Shown here piece by piece: positions 31,932-43,855 of a stretch of DNA of 64,000 nucleotides. A model generated the notes under the pieces. The model searched no databases and was not told the origin of the DNA. It saw nothing but the letters and a program-made list of their open reading frames with translations. The position numbers and the translations under genes were made by a program. Within the stretch, counting starts at the first letter, position 1, and every line of letters starts with the position of its first letter. This DNA is from an uncultured Spiribacter sp. (GTDB lineage Bacteria; Pseudomonadota; Gammaproteobacteria; Nitrococcales; Nitrococcaceae): NCBI GenBank assembly GCA_937884605.1, contig CALGDM010000007.1, positions 6,714-70,713 of the forward strand. Reading direction: 5' to 3'.

Positions 31932-33725
31932 TCAGCGTTTCTTTTTGGGTATGTACAGATCCGTGAGCGTGCCGGCGGCCGCCTCGGCGGCCATGCCCAC
32001 CGTCTCGGAGATGGTCGGGTGGGGATGGATGGTCAGGCCAATGTCGTGCATGTCGGCGCCCATCTCGATGGCAAGGCCCACCTCGGCGATCAGGTCACCG
32101 GCGTTGGGCCCGACGATACCGGCGCCGACCACGCGCTCGGTGTCGCGCTCGAAGATCAGCTTGGTAATGCCCTCGTCCCGGCCCAGTGACAGCGAACGGC
32201 CATTGGCGGCCCAGGGAAAGCTGCCCACCTCGACATCCATGCCCTCGGCCTTGGCCTGTTCCTGGGTGACGCCCACCCAGGCCACCTCGGGATCGGTGTA
32301 GGCCACCGACGGGATGACCCGAGCGTCGAAGGCGCTCTTCTCGCCGGCGGCCACTTCGGCGGCCACCTTGCCCTCGTGAACCGCCTTGTGGGCGAGCATC
32401 GGCTGACCGATCAGATCCCCGATGGCAAAGATGTGATCGACCCGGGTGCGCATCTGGTCGTCCGCCGGGATGCAACCGTTGTCCATCAGCTCGAGGCTGG
32501 TGGCCTCGAGGTTGAGCAGATCGGTATTAGGCCGCCGGCCCACCGAAACCAGCACCCGGTCGAAACGGTCCTCGGCCGGCGCCTTGCCACCCTCGAACTC
32601 GACGCTGACCCCGTCATCGTCGGGCTTGAGCGCGCTGACTTTGGTATTGAGGAAGATGTTCGCGTAGCGCTTGTCGATGATCTTGCGAAACGGCTTGACG
32701 ATGTCCGGATCGGCGCCCGCCATCAGGCGGTCGGCGAGCTCGACAACGGTGATTTCACTGCCGAGGGCATGGTAGACCGAGGCCATTTCCAGGCCGATGA
32801 TGCCGCCGCCCACCACCAGCATGCGCTTGGGGACTTCCTCGAGCTTGAGGGCATCGGTGGAGTCCATGATGCGTGGGTGGTCCAGATCGAAACCCGGCGG
32901 TGCGATGGGCCGTGAGCCCGCGGCGATGATCACGTTGCGATAGCTGATGCGGCGCTCGCCGTCGGCGGTCTCGACGCTGACGTGATAGTCATCGACGAAC
33001 TGCGCCGGTCCGTGGACGGTCTCGACATTGCGCTGCTTGGCCAGGCCCACCAGACCGCCGGTGAGCTTGCCGACCACGCTCGACTTCCATGACTCGAGCT
33101 TTTTCAGGTCGATCTTCGGCTCACCGAACTCGATGCCGTTATCGGCAAAGAATGCCGCATCGTCGATGACCTTGGCGGCGTGCAGGAGCGCCTTCGAGGG
33201 GATGCAGCCCACGTTCAGGCAGACCCCGCCGATGGTCGGGTAGCGCTCGATCATGATGGTCTTCAGCCCCAGATCGGCGGCGCGGAAGGCGGCGCTATAG
33301 CCCCCGGGCCCGGCCCCCACCACCAGCACGTCACAATCCGGTGCGTCCGGCGCGGCCTGGTTGGCGGCCGTGGGCGCCGCAGCGGCGGCCGGTGCCGGTG
33401 CCTCGGCAGGGGCTTCGGCGGGGGCCTCGGCCGCCGGCTCGGCGGCAGCGGTGGCGCCGTCGTCCCCGGCATCGCCCGCGCCGTCGGCGGGCACCGCCAT
33501 GGCAATCACGTCGCCCTCGGCCACCTTGTCGCCGACGCTGACCGACACCGACTCGATCTGCCCGTCGAACGGCGCCGGTACTTCCATGGTGGCCTTGTCG
33601 CTCTCGAGGGTGATGAGCGAGCTCTCGGCCTCCACCGTATCGCCCGGGCCGACCAGCACCTCAATGATCTCGACCGCGTCGAAGTCGCCGATATCCGGGA
33701 CGCGAACTTCCTTGGCTTGTGACAT
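31932..33725 (-). CDS. lpdA: Dihydrolipoamide dehydrogenase with N-terminal lipoyl domain
   Basis: N-terminal [13 protein letters not shown] lipoyl motif, Ala/Pro linker, [29 protein letters not shown]. Confidence 0.96.
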   Translation of the reverse strand: MSQAKEVRVPDIGDFDAVEIIEVLVGPGDTVEAESSLITLESDKATMEVPAPFDGQIESVSVSVGDKVAEGDVIAMAVPADGAGDAGDDGATAAAEPAAEAPAEAPAEAPAPAAAAAPTAANQAAPDAPDCDVLVVGAGPGGYSAAFRAADLGLKTIMIERYPTIGGVCLNVGCIPSKALLHAAKVIDDAAFFADNGIEFGEPKIDLKKLESWKSSVVGKLTGGLVGLAKQRNVETVHGPAQFVDDYHVSVETADGERRISYRNVIIAAGSRPIAPPGFDLDHPRIMDSTDALKLEEVPKRMLVVGGGIIGLEMASVYHALGSEITVVELADRLMAGADPDIVKPFRKIIDKRYANIFLNTKVSALKPDDDGVSVEFEGGKAPAEDRFDRVLVSVGRRPNTDLLNLEATSLELMDNGCIPADDQMRTRVDHIFAIGDLIGQPMLAHKAVHEGKVAAEVAAGEKSAFDARVIPSVAYTDPEVAWVGVTQEQAKAEGMDVEVGSFPWAANGRSLSLGRDEGITKLIFERDTERVVGAGIVGPNAGDLIAEVGLAIEMGADMHDIGLTIHPHPTISETVGMAAEAAAGTLTDLYIPKKKR

Positions 33726-33745
33726 GAATCGCGATCCTTTCCGGT

Positions 33746-35104
33746 TTACAGGATGAGGCGGCGCAGATCGCCGAGCACACCCGTCAGGTAAGTGGTAAAG
33801 CGGGCGGCCGCGGCGCCGTCGATGACCCGATGGTCATAGGACAGGCTCAGCGGCAGCATGAGTCGGGGGACGAACTGGCTGCCGTCCCAGACCGGCTTGG
33901 TGGCGGTCTTGGACACGCCCAGGATCGCCACCTCGGGGGCGTTGACGATGGGCGTGAAGGCCGTGCCGCCCAGACCGCCCAGGCTTGAGACGCTGAACGT
34001 GCCGCCCTGCATGTCGCCGGCGCCGAGCTTGCCGTCCCGCGCCTTGCCCGAGAGTTCGGCGAGGTCTGCGGCGATCGCGTAGATGCCCTTCTTGTCGGCA
34101 TCCTTGATCACCGGCACCACCAGGCCCTGGGGGGTGTCCACCGCCACGCCGATATTGATGTAGTGCTTGCGGATCAGTGCGGCGCCGTCGCTGCGCAGCG
34201 AGCTGTTGAAATCAGGAAACGCCTGCAGTGCCCGGGCCGAGGCCTTGACCATGAAGGCAAGCGGCGTGAGCTTGACGCCGGCCTGCTCGGCCGCTGCCTT
34301 TTCGGCCTTGCGAAAGGCATCGAGCTCGGTGATGTCGGCCTCATCGAACTGGGTGACATGCGGGATGTTGAGCCAGCTGCGATGCAGATGCGGGCCCGAG
34401 AGCCGCTTGATGCGGGGCAGATCGACTTCTTCGACTTCGCCGAACTTGCTGAAGTCGACAGCCGGGATGGGCGGGATGCCGGCGCCCTCGGCGGCCGGTG
34501 CCGCGGCCGCTGGAGCCGCCGCGGCGCCCCCTTCCAGCGCCGATTTCACATAGGCCTGCACGTCTTCGCGGCTGATGCGGCCCTTGCGACCGGTCCCGCT
34601 GACCTGATCCAGCGGCACGCCCAGCTCGCGGGCAAAGCGCCGCACCGACGGTCCGGCATGGGCCATGCGCTGGGTCTCGGCGCTGAGTGCAGGAGCGGCG
34701 GCGGCTGGTGCCGGCGCCGGCTCGGGCGCAGGCTTTTCGGCCGGGGCCGGGGCCGGGGCCGGGGCCTCGGCAGCCGGCGCCGGCTCGGGGGCCGGTGCGG
34801 CGGGCTCGGCTGCCGGTGCCTCGGCCGCCGCCGCGTCATCCCCGGCATCGCCGCCGCTATCGCCACTGACCTCGACCTTGGCCACCGGTGTGCCCTCGGC
34901 CACCTTGTCGCCGGGCTGGATCAGCATCTCGGTGACGGTGCCGTCCACCGGACAGGGGACCTCCATGGTCGCCTTGTCGCTCTCCAGGGTGATGATCGAG
35001 TCCTCGGCGGCGACCGTGTCGCCCGGGCCGACCAGTACCTCGATGACGTCCACCGCATCGAAGTCGCCGATGTCGGGGACGGTGATTTCCTTGACCTCTG
35101 CCAC
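33746..35104 (-). CDS. aceF: Pyruvate dehydrogenase E2, dihydrolipoamide acetyltransferase (single lipoyl domain)
   Basis: [36 protein letters not shown]. Confidence 0.96.
   Translation of the reverse strand: MAEVKEITVPDIGDFDAVDVIEVLVGPGDTVAAEDSIITLESDKATMEVPCPVDGTVTEMLIQPGDKVAEGTPVAKVEVSGDSGGDAGDDAAAAEAPAAEPAAPAPEPAPAAEAPAPAPAPAEKPAPEPAPAPAAAAPALSAETQRMAHAGPSVRRFARELGVPLDQVSGTGRKGRISREDVQAYVKSALEGGAAAAPAAAAPAAEGAGIPPIPAVDFSKFGEVEEVDLPRIKRLSGPHLHRSWLNIPHVTQFDEADITELDAFRKAEKAAAEQAGVKLTPLAFMVKASARALQAFPDFNSSLRSDGAALIRKHYINIGVAVDTPQGLVVPVIKDADKKGIYAIAADLAELSGKARDGKLGAGDMQGGTFSVSSLGGLGGTAFTPIVNAPEVAILGVSKTATKPVWDGSQFVPRLMLPLSLSYDHRVIDGAAAARFTTYLTGVLGDLRRLIL
34743..34766 (+). repeat. (GGGGCC)4 hexanucleotide tandem in the aceF Ala/Pro linker
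   Basis: ggggcc x4 read directly; encodes an APAPAPAP run on the minus strand. Confidence 0.85.
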
Positions 35105-35133
35105 GCAAATTCCTCCTGCGCCGTGATTCGCCG

Positions 35134-37815
35134 CTAGACCGTGACCGGGTTAGGGGCGTCGGTGTCGATGTTGTAGTGGGCGATCGCCTTGCTGACGGTC
35201 TCGGCACTGATCGTGCCTTCGTCGGCCAGCGCCTTGAGGGCCGCCACGGTGACGTAGTAGCGATCCACCTCGAAGAAGCGGCGCAGGTTTTCGCGCGTGT
35301 CCGAGCGGCCGTAGCCGTCGGTGCCCAGCACCACGTAGTGACGGTCGATGTAGGGCCGGATCTGATCGGCGAAGGCCCGCATGTAGTCGGTGGAGGCAAT
35401 CGCCGGGCCCTGATGATCGGCCAGGCACTGCTGCACGTAGGGCACGCGCGGCGTGTCCTCGGGGTGCAGCATGTTGTGGCGCTCGCAGTCGATACCGTCA
35501 CGACGCAGCTCGGTGAACGACGGGCAGCTCCAGATATCGCTGTCGACGCCCCAGTCCTGCTTGAGCAGATCGGCGGCGGCGATGACTTCCATGAGGATGC
35601 TGCCCGATCCCAGCAGCTGAACCCGCTGCTTGCCGGCGGCTCCTTTCTGGAACCGATACATGCCGCGGCGGATGCCGTCCTCGGCGCCCTCCGGCATGGC
35701 CGGCTGGTGGTAGTTCTCGTTCATCATGGTGATGTAGTAGAAGACCGATTCCTGCTCCGCGTACATCCGCTTCATCCCGTCCTGGATGATCACTGCCATC
35801 TCATAGGCAAAGGTCGGATCGAACGAGCGGCAGTTGGGCAGCGCCGCGGTCATCAGGTGACTGTGGCCGTCCTCGTGCTGCAGGCCCTCGCCGTTGAGCG
35901 TGGTGCGCCCGGCGGTACCCCCCATGAGAAAGCCCTTGGCCTGCATGTCGCCGGCCGCCCACCACAGATCACCGACACGCTGGTAGCCGAACATGGAGTA
36001 GTAGGCAAAGAACGGGATCATCTCGACGCCATGATTGGCGTAGGCGGTGGCCGCGGCGATCCAGCTCGACATGGCGCCGGCCTCGTTGATGCCCTCCTGG
36101 AGGATCTGGCCTTTCTGATCCTCGCGGTAGTACATCAGCTGATCGGCATCCTGCGGCTCGTAGAGCTGGCCCTGCGGGGCATAGATGCCCAGCTGGCGGA
36201 ACAGGCCTTCCATGCCGAAGGTGCGGGCCTCGTCGGGCACGATCGGCACCAGACGCGAGGCCAGGCCCTTGTCGCGGGCGATGATCGACAGCGCGCGGAC
36301 GAACGCCATGGTGGTCGACATCTCGCGCTCGCCGCTGTCCTTGAGCAGCACCTGGAAGGCGGACAGGTCGGGCACCTCCACCGGCTCGGCGGTGATGCGA
36401 CGCTCCGGCAGGTAGCCGCCCAGCGCCTCGCGACGCTCGTGCAGGTACTTGATCTCGGGCGAGTCCTCGGCGGGCTTGTAGAACGGCGCGTCGGCGACCT
36501 TCTCGTCGGGCACCGGGATGTGGAAACGGTCGCGGAACTCCTTGAGGGCGTTCTCGGCCATTTTCTTCTGCTGATGGGTGATGTTCTGGCCTTCGCCGGC
36601 TTCGCCCATGCCATAGCCCTTGACCGTCTTGGCCAGGATGACCGTGGGCTGACCCTCGTGCTCGGTGGCGGCCCGGTAGGCGTTGTAGACCTTGGCGGAG
36701 TCGTGGCCGCCGCGCTTGAGCTGCCAGATGTCCTCGTCGGACATGTTCGCGACCATGGCCTTGAGGTCGGGGTATTTGCCAAAGAAATGCTCGCGGGTAT
36801 AGGCGCCGCCCTTGGCCTTGAAGTTCTGGTACTCGCCGTCCACGGCCTCGTCCATGCGCCGCCGCAGCAGGCCCTGGGAGTCCTTGGCCAGGAGCGGGTC
36901 CCAGGCCGATCCCCAGAGCACCTTGAGCACGTTCCAGCCGGCGCCACGGAACTCGCCCTCGAGCTCCTGGATGATCTTGCCATTGCCGCGCACCGGTCCG
37001 TCCAGGCGCTGGAGGTTGCAATTGACCACAAAGATCAGGTTGTCGAGCCCCTCGCGGGCGGCGACGCCGATGGCGCCGAGACTCTCGGGCTCGTCCATCT
37101 CGCCGTCACCGCAGAACACCCAGACCTTGCGGTCGGCCGTATCGGCGATGCCGCGGTTATGCAGGTACTTGAGGAAGCGGGCCTGGTAGACGCCCATGAT
37201 CGGGCCGAGCCCCATGGACACGGTGGGCAGCTGCCAGAAGTCGGGCATCAGCCAGGGATGCGGATACGACGACAGCGGCTTGCCGGTCTTGGCGAGGTCG
37301 GCGCGAAAGTTGTGCAGATCGTCGTCGTCGAGCCGGCCCTCGAGGTAGGCGCGGGCGTAGATGCCCGGGGCGGAATGGCCCTGGATGAACACCAGGTCGC
37401 CGCCGTGATCCTCGCTTGGCGCGCGCCAGAAGTGGTTGAAGCCCACCTCGTAGAGCGTCGCCGACGAGGCGAACGAGGCGATATGCCCGCCAATGCCGTC
37501 GCGGTCGCGGTTGGCCTGAACCACCATTGCCATGGCATTCCAGCGAATGATCGAGCGGATGCGCGATTCCAGTGCGCGATCACCCGGAAAGGGCTGCTCG
37601 TGCTGGGTGGGGATGGTGTTCTGATAGGCCGTGGTCGCCTTGAAGGGCAACTGACCACCGCTGCGGCGGGCCTTGTCCACGAGCTGTTCGAGCAGAAACT
37701 GTGCCCGCTCCGGGCCCTCGTACTCGAGGACCGACTCAATGGCCTCGAGCCACTCCTGGGTCTCCTGCGGATCCAGGTCGTCCGGCGTCGGCATGGGCGT
37801 CATTTTTGCTGCCAT
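35134..37815 (-). CDS. aceE: Pyruvate dehydrogenase E1 (homodimeric type)
   Basis: [48 protein letters not shown]. Exact start among three nearby ATGs is uncertain. Confidence 0.97.
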   Translation of the reverse strand: MAAKMTPMPTPDDLDPQETQEWLEAIESVLEYEGPERAQFLLEQLVDKARRSGGQLPFKATTAYQNTIPTQHEQPFPGDRALESRIRSIIRWNAMAMVVQANRDRDGIGGHIASFASSATLYEVGFNHFWRAPSEDHGGDLVFIQGHSAPGIYARAYLEGRLDDDDLHNFRADLAKTGKPLSSYPHPWLMPDFWQLPTVSMGLGPIMGVYQARFLKYLHNRGIADTADRKVWVFCGDGEMDEPESLGAIGVAAREGLDNLIFVVNCNLQRLDGPVRGNGKIIQELEGEFRGAGWNVLKVLWGSAWDPLLAKDSQGLLRRRMDEAVDGEYQNFKAKGGAYTREHFFGKYPDLKAMVANMSDEDIWQLKRGGHDSAKVYNAYRAATEHEGQPTVILAKTVKGYGMGEAGEGQNITHQQKKMAENALKEFRDRFHIPVPDEKVADAPFYKPAEDSPEIKYLHERREALGGYLPERRITAEPVEVPDLSAFQVLLKDSGEREMSTTMAFVRALSIIARDKGLASRLVPIVPDEARTFGMEGLFRQLGIYAPQGQLYEPQDADQLMYYREDQKGQILQEGINEAGAMSSWIAAATAYANHGVEMIPFFAYYSMFGYQRVGDLWWAAGDMQAKGFLMGGTAGRTTLNGEGLQHEDGHSHLMTAALPNCRSFDPTFAYEMAVIIQDGMKRMYAEQESVFYYITMMNENYHQPAMPEGAEDGIRRGMYRFQKGAAGKQRVQLLGSGSILMEVIAAADLLKQDWGVDSDIWSCPSFTELRRDGIDCERHNMLHPEDTPRVPYVQQCLADHQGPAIASTDYMRAFADQIRPYIDRHYVVLGTDGYGRSDTRENLRRFFEVDRYYVTVAALKALADEGTISAETVSKAIAHYNIDTDAPNPVTV

Positions 37816-37934
37816 CTCTGACCTCGTCTTTGTTCACTTGGGACACAGCCTAGCGGGCAGACCGTCCGGTGGCCACACCCCTGATCGCTGTAGGTTATTG
37901 TTGCGCTGCGGAAAAATGCCATCACAACGGTGCC

Positions 37935-37966
37935 CGACAACCTAACCCAATGGCCGGGGGTTGTCG
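37935..37966. promoter_or_regulatory. 8-bp inverted repeat upstream of aceE (candidate operator or hairpin)
   Basis: CGACAACC-N16-GGTTGTCG in the 205-bp hemF/aceE intergenic region. Confidence 0.35.
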
Positions 37967-38020
37967 CCCCATGATTTGTGAGTGCCAAGCACAGGTCGTA
38001 TGAACCGACTGGCTGTCGCG

Positions 38021-39402
<1,382 letters not shown>

Positions 39403-39406
39403 AGTC

Positions 39407-40429
39407 GTGACGGATGGACTGACCGACCGGCGCGATCGGCCGCTGCGGGATCTGCGGATTTCGCTGACCGATCGCTGCAATTTCCGCTGCAGTTACTGCA
39501 TGCCCAAGGCCCTGTTTGGTGCCGATCACACGTTTCTGCCGCGTCATCAGTTGCTGTCTTTTGAGGAAATCGCCCGGCTTGCCCGGGTGTTCGCGTCGCT
39601 GGGCGTGCGCAAACTGCGCCTGACCGGGGGTGAGCCACTGCTGCGGCGCGAGCTGGAGACGCTGATCGGTCTGCTGCACGAGATCGACGGCATCGAAGAC
39701 ATCAGTCTGACCACCAATGCCTCGCTGCTGACCCGGGACAAGGCCCGGGCGCTGCGGGCGGCGGGTCTGGATCGGCTGACGGTCAGTCTGGATGGCATCG
39801 ATGATGCGACTTTCCGGGCGATGAATGACGTGGGATTTCCGGTGGCAAAGGTGCTGGCGGGGATCGATCACGCCGAGGCCGCCGGACTGGGGCCGATCAA
39901 GATCAACATGGTGGTGCGCAAAGGCGTCAACGATGGCGATATTCTGCCCATGGCCGGGCATTTTCGCGGGACGGCGCACATCGTGCGGTTTATCGAGTAC
40001 ATGGATGTCGGCAACAGCAATGGCTGGCGGCTCGATCAGGTCGTCCCGTCCCGCGACGTGGTGGATCGGATCAACGCCCGGTGGCCGATCGAGCCGGTGG
40101 CACCCAATTATCGTGGCGAGGTGGCCGAGCGCTATCGCTATCGGGACGGCGCCGGCGAGCTCGGCCTGATCAGTTCCGTGACCCAGCCCTTCTGCGGTAC
40201 CTGCCAGCGTGCGCGCCTGTCCGCCGAGGGCCAGCTATTTACCTGCCTGTTCGCCAGTGATGGCCATGATCTGCGCGACCGGCTGCGTCGCGGTGACAGT
40301 GACGCCGCGGTCCAGGAGGCGCTGACGGCGATCTGGTCGCAGCGCGATGATCGCTACTCCGAGCTCCGTACCGCCGGTGTACAACCCATCGACAGCCGCC
40401 GCATCGAGATGTCCTACATCGGGGGCTAG
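39407..40429 (+). CDS. moaA: GTP 3',8-cyclase MoaA (radical SAM)
   Basis: LRISLTDRCNFRCSYCMP, TGGEP, FCGTCQRARLSAEGQLFTC, C-terminal MSYIGG. GTG at 39407. Confidence 0.96.
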   Translation: MTDGLTDRRDRPLRDLRISLTDRCNFRCSYCMPKALFGADHTFLPRHQLLSFEEIARLARVFASLGVRKLRLTGGEPLLRRELETLIGLLHEIDGIEDISLTTNASLLTRDKARALRAAGLDRLTVSLDGIDDATFRAMNDVGFPVAKVLAGIDHAEAAGLGPIKINMVVRKGVNDGDILPMAGHFRGTAHIVRFIEYMDVGNSNGWRLDQVVPSRDVVDRINARWPIEPVAPNYRGEVAERYRYRDGAGELGLISSVTQPFCGTCQRARLSAEGQLFTCLFASDGHDLRDRLRRGDSDAAVQEALTAIWSQRDDRYSELRTAGVQPIDSRRIEMSYIGG

Positions 40430-40995
40430 GCGCCTGCTCGTAGCACCCGGCCGCTGTCGGCGTCGCGGATTTCCGAGGGGCCGCGCTGGCCGCCCAGCGG
40501 CCCGGGCACAAACCAGTCTAGCTGCCGGCCAAAGCAGCGCTGCACCTGCCAGCCGCGCCGGCAGGCGGGTTTGCCGCTGCGATTGGCGCTGGTGGACACC
40601 AGCGCCGAGCCGGCGGCATGACACAGGTTGATGACCGGGGGGTGGCGCGTGATCCGCACTGCAATGGTCCGGCGCCCCCCGGTCAGCAGGTCGGGGAGGC
40701 CCTCGGCGGCCCGCATGACCCAGGTGACCGGACCCGGCCAGGTGGCCAGTATTGCCGCGCGCCGCGAATCGCTGGCGGGCCACTGCACCAGCCCCTGGAT
40801 CTGGTCGATGCCCGCCGCGATCACGATCAGGCCCTTGTCCGCGCCCCGGCCCTTGAGCCGGATCAGGCGGGCGATGGCATCGCTGTCGAGTGGGTCGCAG
40901 CCCAGTCCCCAGACACCTTCGGTGGGATAGGCCCCGACGCCGCCGGCATGGATCTGAGCGCGGACCCGGCGCAGGGCCGGCGAGGGGCTGCGCAT
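40426..40995 (-). CDS. tsaC: Threonylcarbamoyl-AMP synthase TsaC/YrdC
   Basis: AYPTEGVWGLGCDP, KGR...KGLI, WPGPVT, VSTSAN, PSEIRD. Confidence 0.93.
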   Translation of the reverse strand: MRSPSPALRRVRAQIHAGGVGAYPTEGVWGLGCDPLDSDAIARLIRLKGRGADKGLIVIAAGIDQIQGLVQWPASDSRRAAILATWPGPVTWVMRAAEGLPDLLTGGRRTIAVRITRHPPVINLCHAAGSALVSTSANRSGKPACRRGWQVQRCFGRQLDWFVPGPLGGQRGPSEIRDADSGRVLRAGA

Positions 40996-40996
40996 A

Positions 40997-43375
40997 TCAG
41001 CTGCTCGAGGACTGCTTCTTGCGGCTGGTGCGGGCCTTGCCGGTGCCGCTGGCGGACTTCTTGCGACCGCCGCCCCGGCCCTTGGGCTCGGGCGCCTCGT
41101 CGATCAATGCCTGACACTCATCGCGGGTCAGCGATTCGGCCTCGCGGTCCTTGGGGACCCGGGCCCGCTTGCGGCCGTCGGTGATGTACGGCCCGAAGCG
41201 ACCCTTCATGACCGTCAGTGCGCCGTCGTCAAAGCTCTGGATGGTACGCCGGGCGATGTTTTCCTTTTTTTCCTCGACCAGTTCCAGGGCACGCTCACGG
41301 TCGATGGTGTAGGGGTCATCGTCCTTTTTGAGCGACGCAAACTGGTCGCCGAAGCGGACATACGGGCCGAATCGGCCGATGTTGGCGCTCAGGGGCAGGC
41401 CATCCGGCGTCTCGCCGAGATCCCGCGGCAGCGTAAACAGTGCCAGGGCCTCGTCGAGACCAATGGTATCGATGCTCTGGCCCGGGCGCAGGCTGGCAAA
41501 GCGGGGCTTTTCCTCGTCCTCGCGGGTGCCGATCTGGGCGAAGGGCCCATAGCGGCCGAGCCGCGCCGAGACCGGTCGGCCGCTCTCGGGATCGGTACCC
41601 AGCTCGCGGGCCTTCATCACCTCGCTGCGCGACACCTGCTGCTTTTCTTCGATGCGCTCGTGGAAGGGATCCCAGAACTGGCGCAGCACCGGCACCCAGT
41701 CGGTCTCGCCCCGCGAGATGGCATCCAGCCGGTCTTCCAGGCGCGCGGTGAATTCGTAGTCGACGTAGCGATCGAAATGCTCGGTCAGGAACTTGGTGAC
41801 CACCCGGCCGGTGTCGGTGGGCTTGAAGCGCCGATTCTCCAGCGTCACGTAGTTGCGCGCCTGCAGCGTGGCGATGATCGAGGCATAGGTTGACGGCCGG
41901 CCGATGCCGTATTCCTCGAGGGCGCGCACCAGGGTGGCCTCGGAGTAGCGCGGCGGCGGCTCCGTGAAGTGCTGTTCCGGCCGCAGGGCCGTCAGCGTGA
42001 TCCGCTCGCCCTCGGCGAGGGGCGGCAGGATGCGGTCATTGGCATCGGCGCCGGCGTCGTCGGCCCCCTCCTGATACACCGCCATGAAGCCGGGATCGCG
42101 CACCGTCGAACCGGTGGCCCGAAAGCTCGCCACGTCGCCGGCGGCCAGGTCCACCGACACCGTGTCGATGGTGGCGTGGATCATCTGGCAGGCGACGGTG
42201 CGCTTCCAGATCAGGTCATAGAGCCGGTACTGATCGTCGCTGAGATGTCCCTTGAGCGATTCCGGCACCCAGCTGGCATCCGTTGGCCGGATCCCCTCAT
42301 GCGCTTCCTGGGCGTTCTTGGCGCGGGTCCGGTACTGATTGGGCTTGGCGGGCAGCTTGGCGGCGCCGAAGCGCTTCTCGATCACCTCGCGCAGGCCCTG
42401 GATGGCCTCCTGCGAGAGGTTGACCGAGTCGGTGCGCATGTAGGTGATCAGGCCCACCGTGCCGCTGCCGGTATCCACCCCTTCGTAGAGCTGCTGGGCA
42501 ATGCGCATCGTCTGCTGCGCGGAAAAGCGCAGTTTGCGCGAGGCCTCCTGCTGAAGGGTGGAGGTGATGAAAGGCGCGGCGGGGTTGCGCCGGCGTTGTT
42601 TTTTCTCGACCCGGGTGACGGTCAGCTCGCCCTCGCCCTGGTCGGCGCCGGTGGCCGCGAGGATGCGCTGCGTGGCGTCGTCGGCGGTTTCGGCGTTGTT
42701 GATGGTGAACTGCTCGACCTTGCCGCCATCGAGCTGCTGCAGGCGCCCGACAAACGGGGTATCGGCCTGGACCAGGTCGGCCTCGACGCTCCAGTACTCC
42801 TGGGGGACGAACGCCTCGATCTCCTTCTCGCGCTCGACGATCATGCGCAGCGCCGGCGATTGCACGCGGCCGGCAGAGAGACCGCTGGTGATCTTGCGCC
42901 ACAGCAGCGGCGAGAGGTTGAACCCGACCAGGTAGTCCAGCGCCCGGCGTGCCTGCTGGGCATCCACCAGGTGATCGGACAGGCCGCGCGGGTGCTGGAT
43001 GGCCTCGCGGATCGCATCCCGGGTGATCTCGTAGAAAACCACCCGATGGACGGGCTTGTCGGCAATCACGCCGCGCTCGCGCAGCAGCTCCAGCAGGTGC
43101 CAGGAAATGGCCTCCCCTTCGCGGTCGGGGTCAGTGGCCAGGTAGACCGCATCGGCCTTGCGGGTGGCCTTGGCAATGGCGTCGACCTGTTTGGCGTTGC
43201 GCTCGACCACGCTGTAGTGCATGGCAAAGTCATGCGTCGGATCGACGGCACCCTCCTTGGCGATCAGGTCACGGACATGACCGTACGACGCCATCACCTC
43301 GAAGTCCTTGCCCAGGTACTTCTTGATGGTGCCCGCCTTGGCCGGGGATTCGACGATTACCAGTGAATGCGACAT
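40997..43375 (-). CDS. topA: DNA topoisomerase I with non-zinc-finger C-terminal repeats
   Basis: LVIVESPAKA, ATDPDREGEAI, SAGRVQS, ITYMRTD (catalytic Tyr), AQEAHEGIRPT, GIGRPSTY; C-terminal GRYGP/GRFGP repeats. Confidence 0.96.
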   Translation of the reverse strand: MSHSLVIVESPAKAGTIKKYLGKDFEVMASYGHVRDLIAKEGAVDPTHDFAMHYSVVERNAKQVDAIAKATRKADAVYLATDPDREGEAISWHLLELLRERGVIADKPVHRVVFYEITRDAIREAIQHPRGLSDHLVDAQQARRALDYLVGFNLSPLLWRKITSGLSAGRVQSPALRMIVEREKEIEAFVPQEYWSVEADLVQADTPFVGRLQQLDGGKVEQFTINNAETADDATQRILAATGADQGEGELTVTRVEKKQRRRNPAAPFITSTLQQEASRKLRFSAQQTMRIAQQLYEGVDTGSGTVGLITYMRTDSVNLSQEAIQGLREVIEKRFGAAKLPAKPNQYRTRAKNAQEAHEGIRPTDASWVPESLKGHLSDDQYRLYDLIWKRTVACQMIHATIDTVSVDLAAGDVASFRATGSTVRDPGFMAVYQEGADDAGADANDRILPPLAEGERITLTALRPEQHFTEPPPRYSEATLVRALEEYGIGRPSTYASIIATLQARNYVTLENRRFKPTDTGRVVTKFLTEHFDRYVDYEFTARLEDRLDAISRGETDWVPVLRQFWDPFHERIEEKQQVSRSEVMKARELGTDPESGRPVSARLGRYGPFAQIGTREDEEKPRFASLRPGQSIDTIGLDEALALFTLPRDLGETPDGLPLSANIGRFGPYVRFGDQFASLKKDDDPYTIDRERALELVEEKKENIARRTIQSFDDGALTVMKGRFGPYITDGRKRARVPKDREAESLTRDECQALIDEAPEPKGRGGGRKKSASGTGKARTSRKKQSSSS

Positions 43376-43381
43376 GGATGC

Positions 43382-43855
43382 TTAGTGTTTTGTGGGATAG
43401 GGAGGTTCAAAAAGCAGGCTCTCCATGGAGGCGCAGGCCTCTTCCTGACCCGGTTGGCTGAACAGGACCATCAGGACCACCCACTTGAGCTCATCCAGCC
43501 CGATGGGATCGTCATCCAGGTCCATCAGACGATCGATGACCAGTTCGCGGCTGCCCGCGCCGAGAATCCCGGCCTGTTCGAGAAACAGCAGAAAGCCCCG
43601 GCACTCGACATCGAGCCGGGCCGCCTCGGCCGTCGTGTAAATCCGGATCGCCGCGGGTCCGTGGGCCGAAACCGGCAGGTCGCGGCGTTCGGCGAGCGCG
43701 TCGATCCATGCCAGCGCCTTGAAAATCTGCGGATCGGAAAACCCCGCATCACGCAGGTCCGACTCGATCTGGGTCCGATTGGGGTCGAGGTCGACGGCGT
43801 CCTGAAAATAGTGCTCAAACAGGTACATCAGGATCTCGAAGACGTTTTCTTTCAT
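43382..43855 (-). CDS. smg: Smg (DUF494) protein
   Basis: MKENVFEILMYLFEHY, AGF, CRGFLLFLEQ, RELVIDR, LKWVVLMVLF. Confidence 0.93.
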   Translation of the reverse strand: MKENVFEILMYLFEHYFQDAVDLDPNRTQIESDLRDAGFSDPQIFKALAWIDALAERRDLPVSAHGPAAIRIYTTAEAARLDVECRGFLLFLEQAGILGAGSRELVIDRLMDLDDDPIGLDELKWVVLMVLFSQPGQEEACASMESLLFEPPYPTKH

